Assembly: GCA_965235115.1 (NCBI GenBank)
Contig: OZ249445.1
Span: 8,122,001-8,186,000 of the forward strand
Direction: 5' to 3'
DNA from: Laetmonice hystrix
Taxonomy: Eukaryota
Length of the DNA: 64,000 nt
A program made the translations under genes and the position numbers. A model generated the notes under the pieces. That model was not told the DNA's origin. It worked only from the letters and a program-made list of their open reading frames with translations, and did not search any database. Of the stretch, positions 48,798-61,000 are shown piece by piece (the first letter of the stretch is position 1; every line of letters begins with the position of its first letter).

Positions 48798-51700
48798 ATG
48801 GTCACCTTGACGGGTCTGGCGGCAGAATTAGCCGCCATGAAGGCTGAGGTGACAGTCATAGCAGACAACGCTGATGGCTTCTTCCTCATCACCATGGCGA
48901 CAATTTGTTATTGTAAGTCTGCAGTCTTATATCTAAATCAGAAGCAGTAACTTTAGAAGGCAGATTGCAGACACAATGTTATCCTGATATGGCCCCAGAT
49001 AAACGGCCCCAGATTACAGAATACGTTGTGACCTTGGTAGGCGTTGTATCAATCATGGCTTTATGGCAGGTGATGCTAGGATAAATATGAGAAGGGAAGC
49101 TATAACTTTGTATTGTCATTTTATACGCTTCTTGATAAAATTATGCAGGAGAATTTGGACATTTCCTTCATAGATTTCTTATTTTCTCCGACACTGCTAT
49201 ATCCTAATATTCAGTGATGTATTTTCCGTTGTTTTTCAGTCATGCAGTGCGGTTTTGCCTTCCTAGAATGTGGCGCTGTTCGGGCTAAAAACGCCACAAA
49301 TATATTGCTTAAAAATATCCTCGCCTCATGTAAGTATGGATAACCTTGATCTATACCTGTATCAAACTTTCCCCCATTCAAATTGACTCATTATTGACAT
49401 AAGCACCCAGCATAAAATAACAAAAATCGCTTGGTTTACCAGTAGCTACGTGACATATTGATATCATCTTAAGGAAATTATGTGTTAAGAACAAAAAAAT
49501 ATATGACTTATCCTAGTCCAAAAAGCTAACTCCTTACCCCAGACTTCCCCCAAAACCTACCCATATCCCTAGCTCTGCCCCTAAACCTACGCATATCCCT
49601 AGCCCTGCCCCTAAACCTACCCCCTACCTCCAAGTGGGAAGGTTACCATAGGGGAATAACCGAGCCATGTGACTGATGGCCAGTTCTAGGCGCCATCGCC
49701 TACTGGTTGTTCGGGTGGCCGTTCGCGTACGGTGAGGGTAATGTTATCCTCGGCACCAAGTACTGGGCGTCATCCTACATGCCGGACACCCTGTTCTCCA
49801 GCTGGTTCTTCCAGTACGTGTTGGCTGCCACGGCCACCACCATCGTGGCTGGAGCTATGGCCGAGAGGTGTGGGTTTGGGGCGTACCTCATCTACAGCTT
49901 CCTCATCACAGGTAACAACTACCGCTACACAGTACATTGGTTGTTAAATCATCGTGGTTTTAGCTCTTGAGGCTATTATTAAAATCAAACGGTTCACATT
50001 GGGACTCACTGAGGCATGTGGTAATGCCATGTTACTATGTATCCTAGGTTTTATTTACCCATGTGTGTCCCATTGGGCTTGGGCTCCACAAGGCTGGCTG
50101 GCCAGGGGGGTCAGTGTTACCAACGGTAATACCACTGTCATTGTTTCTTATCAGGTACGTCATTCTCAGGGTTATCTTTTTCCGTTCTTATACTAAAACT
50201 CTTCTGTTCTGAATGAAACTATTGTACTTATCAACTATTTCTGACATCTATCCTCTATGATAACGACACTATATGATAAACGCCTAACTCCTGATTCTCT
50301 AGGACTGTTATCATCAACCATTCCGGACATTATATACTCTATCATATACTCTATGATAACGACACTATATGATAAACGCCTAACTCCTGATGCACCATAG
50401 GACTTTGCCGGAAGTGGAGTGGTCCATTTACTTGGGGGTACGGCAGCTCTGATTGGCTGCGTTATTCTTGGCCCTAGACTTGGACGTTTTGACCGACGTG
50501 GTCTGCCAAATGAAATGAGAGGGCACTCAGTTCCAGTGAGTAATCAATTTAATATTCCCAAGTCAGCATCCAGTTAAAATTTTCATTGTTAATTCGGTGA
50601 ATTCGAAAAAAATGTAATTAAAAAAGATTATTTATTTACACTGAAGTAGTGAGGTTACAACACAATTGCATCTTTTCATCATCCTCCAGTTAAAGGTACT
50701 ATAATAATTAATCAGAAGTAAAATGTCTTTTACAATTTATTTTTTATCAATAATTTTACGTATTTTGAATAATAACAAGGCAATCTTGCGGTCTGACGCC
50801 GAGTTATACTTCCGTTATATTTCCCGCCACAGCTTGCCGCACTGGGAGGTTACATTCTGTTCCTTGGATTCTTTGCCTTCAATGCCGGGAGTCGGGGCAG
50901 CATATCTAAGCCGGGAGATGGGGTGGCGATCGCCATGGCTGCCGTCAATACCATCCTGGCGGGGAGTTTCGCCGCATTCATGGCGCTTTTCATACACTAC
51001 ATAGCGACCAAATCAAAAACCAGCCACCATTCCCATTGGTCTCTTCTAAACACTATAAACGGTGGACTGGCTGGTATGGTAGGTTCTGGTAGAATTCTTT
51101 GTGTATCCATGACAGATTCTCGAGGAGATGACAGGGACATTTTCAAAAAGTAACCTCAGGTTCTCTATAGTAATATCACTTACCATTATCGGAGGTCATG
51201 GATTGATAGATATAAACCAAAGTGAGACTTTCAGTTTTGGTTCCCTCTCTGCCCGCTAGGTGGCCATCTGTGCCGGAGCCGATGCGCTGGAACCATACAT
51301 GGCATGTGTTACTGGAGTGGTGGCCGGCGTCAACTATATGTTCTGGAGTTGGATGATTCTCCTACTGAAGATCGACGACCCTCTCGATGCCTTTGCTGGT
51401 CAGTTGCCTTAAATTGATCGGAATTCATGTTCAGTAAAAAGTGATAACTTCTTTTCTTCCTCTCAGCGTTGTTTTGTTTGTTTTCTATTTTCCAATTAAA
51501 TTGTTGTCTGTTTAGGTCATTTCTTTTACCTATTTTAGTCAAATAGAAGAGATGCATTGAAGTATTATGATTAGACTATGGTCTTGTAAGTCGAAGTTTG
51601 GATAATATGCCAATACTTGGTAAGAGATTGAGAGGGCCACTTTCTCTGCTTGGACAGTTCACGGCGGTGGCGGCCTCTGGGGGGTGCTGTCGGTACCACT

Positions 51701-53345
51701 GTTGAGGAAAGGATCAGGACTTGTATATACCGGCTCAACCGCCGCCTTCACGGTGAGCCTCACAACGTCACTCTATAAAAGCATTTGTCCATGGTTGTTT
51801 CCAGAAGTTTTTTTTCTATGAGGTCAGGCGCGCCTCTAACTGTCCCCTAACGACGTCAATCGATCGTTTTGTGTGAAACATTCCATCATAATATCTTTAT
51901 CATAATTAAGTGTATAGAATGTAGCAGAATGCATAGGCCTACACTATAATTGATGTAAATACTGTTTGTTCTTCACCGACCTTTGTGTGGCAGAGTTTTG
52001 GTTGGAATCTGGCCGGAGCCTTGGCTATCATTAGTTGGACGGCAGTAACGTGCGTCATTATGTTCGGCATTCTGTTCGCCTTCGGATTACTTCGGGTACA
52101 CCCGGACCTGGAGAAAACTGGTTGGTTTATATTATCATTATAGAAAACTCATGATGTACCAACCATGGTGTCTGAATGCATAGGCTAACCTACGTGTGCT
52201 GGGAAGTGTGAATGCATACAGAATATACAGAGGCTGGAATTGACGTCCAAGTTTGGGGCAATAGGCCGGGAAGGCTAATGAGTCTCGTTATCTGTTTTTT
52301 TTTTTGAGTCCTGAAACTGATTACCTAGCCAATTGTTTGGTCATTTTACGCCTAATTAATGGAGGCGTATGTCTCGGTGATGTATAAGATCGCCGATAGA
52401 ACTTAGAAGCAGTGATAGCATGGCGATATAATTGTCTATACGATCGGGCCGGTAGTATATATGACTGATGTCGTCAGGTCTCGACATACATCAACACGGC
52501 GAGCCCGCCTACCCTGAGGAGGCCTACACGGACGGGTACGACGAGTACGGTAAGTACACCAGGCATTAAACCTATGGTAGTTGCCTCAGAAGTGGCATAT
52601 AGGCTGAGTAGTAAGAGCATAGTCGTCGTTACAGGGTCTACATGTATATAGAGGTTGCCTTGTAGTAATAATAGTAGTATTCGTAGTGCAGTATACTCGT
52701 GCTACAGCAGATGTCATAGCATCAACTCGTGCTACAGCAGAAGTCATAGCACCAACTCGTGCTACAGCAGAAGTCATAGCACCAACTCGTACTACAGCAC
52801 AAGTCATAGCACCAACAAAATTTTAATCTATCATTGGTAAGATATCAACGTTATACCTCAAATTACACAACCTGTTTTATTTATTTATTTATTTTGTATC
52901 TGTAAGGTGTACAGAATCGTGTGGCTGAACTGCGCTCCAAGGACCGGCGACTGTCGGCCGTGTCGGGGGAGGTGTACCCTCCCATGTCGCACGTCTCCCG
53001 TAACTACCCCCGCTACCGGTCGGAACCCACATCCCTCGCCCGCCGCCCCAGCTACCCTGTCAGTATGCACGGAACGCCATGCCGGGACAGGTACTCAACC
53101 AACATTTGTCTACAGGACGCAAAGTCCAGAACTTAACACTTACTGTTTGTGCTGAACCCTATCTAGTAGTTTCGATCATGTCAGATTTGCTGGAATTAAT
53201 TGCCTAAAATCAAGGGGAAAAGATGTTTAATGGTGAAGGTGATATGAAAGGGTCATTTAAAAAGCTACGTTTTATTAACTAAAATGTTCTTCATGTCATC
53301 GGCAGGCCATCCCCAGATGTAGGACCATACACTATCAAACTGTAG
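48798..53345 (+). CDS. amt: Ammonium transporter (Amt family), 12 exons, 525 aa
   Basis: Exons 48798-48912, 49240-49329, 49684-49911, 50048-50154, 50401-50535, 50833-51078, 51260-51398, 51658-51752, 51994-52120, 52478-52549, 52907-53090, 53306-53345 (phases consistent). Motifs [74 protein letters not shown]. The first and last exons are less certain. Confidence 0.93.
52695..52815. repeat. 30-bp tandem repeat (~4 copies) in Amt intron 10
   Basis: ACTCGTGCTACAGCAGAAGTCATAGCACCA units. Confidence 0.85.
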
Positions 53346-55026
53346 GAGGACAAGACGGTGGGACTCGTCCCAATTCTTATTAAACACATTGTTTACATCC
53401 GAAATATTTCTTTCATGCCTGGACAGAAACATAATATGTCAAGAGGATGGAAATAATTGTACCAAACGAGATATGTAGTTTACATTCTCGTAGGTCTAGA
53501 GAGGAACACTGAAAATGAGGATTTTTCCTCCCCAAAGATCTAATAGTGGTAGCACCACAGCCGCGCTGGCCTGCCATCCCCGGATAAGAAATCTTACTGT
53601 TGGAGTTACTAGAAGGATGTCTCCGGAAATTCAAGGAGGCGGGCACAATCCCCCCTCCATGAATACGGATTTGGTAGCAGATTGCCGCAGAGAGATAATC
53701 ATAGCTAAATAAGGGTATTGGCTTCTCTTATTTTGCAATTTGGGTTATTATGAGCCTGTCGTCCCGGCCATACCCAGATAACAGCAGTGATAGAACATGA
53801 TCAAAATTATTATGTCAACATTTTGCTGTCAGATATATAGGACTGAATTTTGAAATAAAATATTCTAGTGATTATCTTATAAAATGTTGCGCTGAGTGAA
53901 TTTATTATGCGTTGTAGGCCCACCAATGATATCGGTAATGCCTTGAGTGTACATATGAAATGACCCCTGACCTAGACCAATAACTCTCTGGTCCGATCCC
54001 CGAGTTATAGTGAATCTCGAATTCGATCATTTGGCAACCGCCTAATATGAAAAGATTATTTCTTTGAAAACATCCTGGGATATTTTTTTTACACATGAGA
54101 CACCCCTCCCCCACTCTCCCCGTTTTCTATCCTATAAAACTCCGATATGCCTACACAGTAATATTTGTAAGAGTCGTTTCTCTAAATTGGCTTATCTAAA
54201 GATTGACAAGGACCAGCTGACGTAAGCCTAATCTTGGAGCCTTGATAAGGCTGCCCGGTTAAGGTAGGCGTTGTATTCAGTGCCCGGTAGTCGACCAGAC
54301 GGCGCCGACCCGTCCGCTACTGCTGCAGACAGTCTTCAGGTCAGTCCAAGGTAAGCTGCACTGCTAGGGTACCTGCAGTTACACAAAGGTTTCCGACTTA
54401 AAGAGAGATACCGAATATAGAAACAACTCTCAGAACACAGTCAACCTCCTCATCGTAGCAATGACCAAGTTTATGAATATTGCAGATGAAAGTGTAGAAA
54501 AACAGGATATTGCTTCTTCAAAAAATATCAAATCTAGGGAACGTTTAGGAAGGCAGCCAGTTATCGATCGTTTTCGATGCACAGGCTTTGTTTGCAATCC
54601 GAATTTAAAAGTTTTAGCACAGACTGACATACAAATATGTTCATGGCAACATTTAAACATTCATAAACATGAGGATGAGGGTTGGCACGGAGACATTCTT
54701 TGGTGTTCGTCGAGAGATATAATCTTTACATCTTTCCTGCATCTAGAGGCGCCCGTGCAACGTTCAGGACGTGACTGTGACTGGAACACTCTTTATTTCC
54801 AATATCAAGTATTTTTAATTCCTTAAATGGCCTTTTAATTCCTGATTAAGGTATTGAAGATAATTTTAATAGATCTCTGCAATGGAAGGCACGGGAAGTT
54901 GATCGATATTCATGAGTATGCATATGTTGCCAGGGTGCAAAATGGTGTTGAACATAATGAGTTGCTATCTGATGCTTCAGGGCCGAGTGTTCTGCTGTCT
55001 GCCTGGTTTTCTGTGAATTTGAAGTC

Positions 55027-58000
55027 ATGACTGATCCAGACACTCGCGTGACCTTTAAGGTCAACGGTGTCACCCACAGAGGTAAATAGTTGACCTTATA
55101 ATGCAGCATATCAGCGGTATTGAGTTGGTGAGAGTGTTTCAGACTGGAAGAATCGATGTTGTTATCTTGTTTGATGAGATCAGCCAAAGTAATCAGACAC
55201 CAACAGATGATATCATAACCCCTGTCAGCCCTATCTCACTCAGGCACGGCGGAGCAGGGGGGGCTATGATTCCCCAACCCCTGCTCCGCCGCTATGGCCC
55301 CCCCCCCCCCCCCCCCCAATTTCTTTTTCTGAAGAAAGAAAAGTCGAGAATGAATACGGAAGTAAGAAAACCTTTTCTATTTTTGCTCATTTTAAGCTAC
55401 AGTTTTATACCTAAAATAAGCCAGAATGCGTCTACTGGCGTCTTTTATCCCCAGAACTTCCGGGCCCTCTCTAATCCGAAATTGCTTCCGCCGTGCCTGT
55501 TAGTATCCTTATCAGTCTCGTTGTGTGATCCTATTCCTGGAATATAAATTGATGAAGAACTAAAGTAAAAATCAGTACTATTACCCGCCAAACGTAAAAT
55601 AGCAGGAGACAGGCAAATACAAACATATTGATTTTTATCTGATGAGGACGGAAACAAAATGGTTCAAAGTGAATTCTTGCAAAAGAAAGAAAAGACATAT
55701 TATTGTGAATTGTTGGCAGTGGGTGCGAAGTATGACGCGACGCTGCCGTTGAACAGTTACCTGCGTGACGTGCTTGGTCTGAGGGGTACGAAGGTGATGT
55801 GTCGTGAGGGCGGCTGTGGGGTGTGTGTGGTCACCGCCACCCGCTACGACCCCGTCTCTAAAAAAAACAGGACGTTCGCCATCAACTCGGTACGCCAAAA
55901 AAGGTGTCCACACAGCATCTTCACATGTAGGACTTATATTTGGGGGCTACAAATAAATGCCGGAGGCATGGCGGACAATGCCTCCACACCACCACCCGCC
56001 CCCCAAAATCCGGATTTTTTTCGACAGCCAGTATCTTTAACCAATATTTTATTTAGATCTATGCCTCTGTGAAGTTGCTTCCACGCCTATGCCAGCGATC
56101 GTAGCCACTGCCCGGTTTTAATGTGACCCTTCGGAGACATGATGATATAGCCTTATATAACCTGGTTACAGTGCCTGGCACCATTGTACGGGATACACGG
56201 CTGGGATATCACGACCACCGAGGGTTTGGGTAATAGTAGGGATGGCTTCCACTCCATCCAGGAGAGACTGGCCGAGTACAACGGCAGTCAGTGTGGCTAC
56301 TGCAGCCCAGGCATGGTGATGAACATGTATGGGTAGGTATGGGTTCACACACCACACACCCAGGGTTCACACACCCAGCGTTCACACACCCAGCGTTCAC
56401 ACACCCAGGGTTCACACACCCAGCGTTCACACACCCAGGGTTCACACACCACACACCCAGCGTTCACACACCCAGGGTTCACACACCCAGGGTTCACACA
56501 CCACACACCCAGGGTTCACACACCCAGGGTTCACACACCACACACCCAGGGTTCACACACCCAGGGTTCACACACCCAGGGTTCACACACCACACACCCA
56601 GCGTTCACACACCCAGGGTTCACACACCCAGGGTTCACACACCCAGCGTTCACACACCCAGGGTTCACACACCCAGGGTTCACACACCCAGCGTTCACAC
56701 ACCCAGGGTTCACACACCCAGGGTTCACACACCCAGGGTTCACACACCCAGCGTTCACACACCCAGGGTTCACACACCCAGGGTTCACACACCCAGGGTT
56801 CACACACCCAGGGTTCACACACCCAGCGTTCACACACCCAGGGTTCACACACCCAGGGTTCACACACCCAGCGTTCACACACCCAGGGTTCACACACCCA
56901 GGGTTCACACACCCAGGGTTCACACACCCAGCGTTCACACACCCAGCGTTCACACACCCAGGGTTCACACACCCAGGGTTCACACACCCAGGGTTCACAC
57001 ACCCAGCGTTCACACACCCAGCGTTCACACACCCAGCGTTCACACACCACACACCCAGGGTTCTCACACCCAGGGTTCACACACCCAGGGTTCACACACC
57101 CAGCGTTCACACACCCAGGGTTCACACACCCAGGGTCCACCCCCCCCCCCCCCCCACACACACACCCAGGGTTCACGCACCCAGCCTCACACAAACGCTG
57201 GTTTATCTAGCAGTTGTTTATTGAAATATTGTAACCCATGTATGAAAGAATTATCAATGAACCTTTGAAAGTAATTTTCTGGGAAAACTGACTTAGATAC
57301 GTAAGATTACATGATACTGACATTGCAAATAGTTTTCTCGCGAGTTTTCTCGTGAAGGGGTTAGGCTATCATATCTACAATTTAAGGATATGTTAAAATT
57401 GGCGAACATAGGCGAACTCTCTGTTTAGCCTGCTGCAGGATGACCCACAACCCTCACGACAGAAGATTGAGGACGCCTTTGGGGGCAACATTTGTCGATG
57501 CACGGGGTTCCGCGCCATCCTGGACGCCTTTAAGTCTTTCTCACCGGAAACGTCTGAGGAACGCGGGCTTCCCACCGGCTGCATCGATATCGAGGTTTCT
57601 GCTCCCCCTTCCCCCGACATATGATTAGTCGTCAGCAAATATATCATCAGATAATATTTCAATGTGGACTCTTAAACAACACAAGGTTGCATCCAGTAAA
57701 GACTGTTGCAACGCAATATTATTTTTATAGTTTGAGGGGAAGGCGACGTAAAAAATGATGCCATTAAGAAATATATACGAATGTCTAGTCAGGAGCATAA
57801 TTTGATCTAATCGTAAAGACCGGCCCTGAATGACAAACCCCTTAAGACACCAGGCGATTGTCGGTTATATTGTTTGCCAGAAGGTGGCGCTTCGATAAGT
57901 CTCTGGCCCCTGAAATGAAAACGCCTTCGAGCGGTACTACGAGGTTTGGTTACCTGCCTGGGTGTGCTCCTGGCCTCCTGCAGCCTTAGCTTGTAGGTAT

Positions 58001-61000
58001 TTCTACAGTCTTATATTTTGCTGTGTTTTCAGGAACTTTGCCTATCCAGAAGGTGTCCGTCTGGGGGTAGGTGTTCGGGGCAGCTGGGCGAGAAGTGTCA
58101 TGGCTCGGCGTGGGAGGAACTCTCACTACGCCCTCTGGCGGTAAACCTGTCAGACAGCGTCTGGTACCGCCCGACCTCACTGACTGACCTTTACGCCCTC
58201 CTCAACACGTTGTCCAGTTCAAAGGTCAAACTCATCTGTGGTAATACCGCTATCGGTAGGTAGAATGGCAGTCCTTTTTTTAATCTTGTTCAGTTTTGTG
58301 ACAGCTTGCAACAAGCTGTAACCGCCTCCTCCGCATCATCAACATCTGGATGCTAAGCCCACATTAGGCCTACTTTTGATTTATTTCAGGTGTCTACAAA
58401 GATGTCGGACCATCTGACGCCTATATTGACATCAAGGGTATTTCTGACCTCTACTCTACTTCAGTGAGTGACCACAACACTTTCACACTCACTTAGGCCT
58501 AGATTAAACAGCATTGAATTATATCTTCTTTATTGAAGGTCTGAAAGAAGGGGTGACTACTTGAGGTAGTGGAGACCCCCTCTTTCTGACCTTCGCCGGA
58601 ATTCAACAACTTCCTGTGAGATGAGATAAGTTTAACCCCCGCCCCCCCCCCCCCAACAAAAGCTAGCCGGGTCACGGAGTGGGTCATTTAAGTTACCCGC
58701 ACATTGTTTCAGCTTATGCCAGCCGTAAAGCTTGGAGCGTGCGTGAATCTGACTCAAGTTGAAGAGTCTCTCCGCGAGGCGGCGCTCACGTCGGGATACG
58801 GTTACTGCAAGGTGTTGGCGGACCACGTGGATCAGATCGGCGGGGTGCCCGTCAGAAATGTACGTATCGTACATACAGTACACGTCTGACGTTCAGACTC
58901 TCTGGGCCGCTATGTGTTCTCTATCTTACCGGTGTACCAGGTAACCCTACTTTATGAAAGACCTAGGGGCGTGCAACCCCATGCAGGTCTGTGTGACTTC
59001 TAAACTAGCATTATTATAATTCTAACGTGGTATTTAAAAATAAAATGGTACATGTGTATTGACCTTTTGTATTTATTTGTGTGTCTGTGACCTTAAGGCG
59101 GGGAGTTGGGCCGGTAACCTGATGATGAAACACCAGCACCCTGACATGCCCTCTGACGTCTGCATCCTGCTTGAGGCTGTCGGAGCCAAGATAAGCATCG
59201 GTAAGAACAAGGGATCGGCTGAGATACCGGTAAACCCCTTTACAATGGTCTCAGGCGCGGGGGATCAGGAAGTCCGGACCCACCCCCTGCTCGGGACCAA
59301 CTTAGGTTTTTGCAGTGCTATCAGGGAAGGGCCCCCAGACTGTCGCCCTCCTGGCGGCTCGCATGTCCCGTAACCCCCCCCCCCTGCAAAAAATTCCTGG
59401 ATCCCCGCCTGGGTCTTCATCCTACTGAAAGTACATATAAAAATTTCTATTGCTAATCCTCCCCAAATCATACTGACAGACTTCATTAGGTCCATGAATT
59501 CTTAGTTGATATGAAGTTTAGTTTTTATTTAACAACCCCTAGGAAATGGAACGACAGTAAAAGAGTACAGCCTGTCTGAGTTCTTCGACCTTGACATGAA
59601 GGGTAAGGTGATAGAAAGCGTCACACTGCCAAAGATGGCCGACAACGTCTACATTCGGTCTTGGAAAATAATGCCAAGGTCCCAGGTAGGTGAGAGAATT
59701 TTACCTGCAGCCCCTATCACGTAGGTTTTAGGATCGTACAAAGGAAACGTTTACTGACAATAACAAATGATTTCTACGTACGGTTGTGGGTGTCAGAACG
59801 CGCACGCGCACGTCAACGCGTGTATCAGCATGGCCCTGGACGCCGACGACAAGTACAAGGTGATGAGTCGGCCGAGTATCGTGTACGGATTCCGGGGGGC
59901 TTTCCATGCCAATCAGACCGAGGACTACCTGGTCGGTAAACAGCTCGCCTCAGACACCACACTGCAAGGTAACCCGGCCCCTTCCAACCCCACGCCTTCA
60001 AGTGCTCTAAGTACCCGTACAAAATATGTGGCACATTTTAAAAAATAAAGAAGTTCTTGTCGAACCAATACAGTATGTGAGCAAATATACAGGGATCTAC
60101 TTCTAAACNNNNNNNNNNNNNNNNNNNNNNNNNNNNNNNNNNNNNNNNNNNNNNNNNNNNNNNNNNNNNNNNNNNNNNNNNNNNNNNNNNNNNNNNNNNN
60201 NNNNNNNNNNNNNNNNNNNNNNNNNNNNNNNNNNNNAAAATTCAAAGGGGCGTTGGACATACTGAAGTCTGAGGTAGACCCTCCTACAAGCCCTTCCCTT
60301 ACCGGCGTCACCTTCAGAAAGAACCTGGCTGTGGCCCTCTTTTACAAGGTACTGTTATTGTCCACCGAATCTTTAAATCGGAGATTGAAAGGGACTGATT
60401 AAGTAACATAACTGACGCTTCCCCTGCAGTACGTGTTGGCGGTGTGCGGGTCGGCAGTCTCCAGCCGACTGAAGAGTGGAGGTGAGAACTTGATGAGACC
60501 CGAGTCGTCAGGAATCGATACCTACGAGACCAAGGAGGAAAACTGGCCAGTGAATCAACCCATGCCCAGGGTCACGTCCAAGATACAGGTCAGACCTATA
60601 ACAAAACACATGGTGCCTTTCATGATATTGATCTCTTTGGTAAAGGTTAGGCTTCTGTTGTAGAATACGTGAATAGAATCGGACATTATTCACGACTCAT
60701 GACGTGCTCTGTACGCCCCTCTCTGTATACTACTCACTCTCTGTATGCGACTCATGACGTCTGCTCATTACGCCCCTCTCTGTATACTACTCACTCTCTG
60801 TATACGACTCATGACGTGCTCTGTACCCCCCTCTCTGTATACTACTCACTCTCTGTATACTACTCACTTTCTGTATACGACTCATGACGTGTGCTCTGTA
60901 CGCCCCTCTCTATATACTACTCACTCTCTGTATACTACTCACTCTCTGTATACGACTCATGACGTGTGCTCTGTTCGCCCCTCTCTGTATACTACTCACT

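Noticed and set aside
54461-54826. 121-aa ORF upstream of the oxidase
   Set aside because: It lies in the putative first intron, has no recognisable motif and no phase-compatible splice signals.
55639-55655. Hammerhead ribozyme core (CTGATGAG...GAAAC)
   Set aside because: No stem II pairing is possible (GGACG) and no stem I/III was found.
56291-57268. Long ORFs (178-325 aa) on both strands
   Set aside because: They are translations of a stop-free 15-bp repeat inside a GT-AG intron whose flanking exons join in frame.
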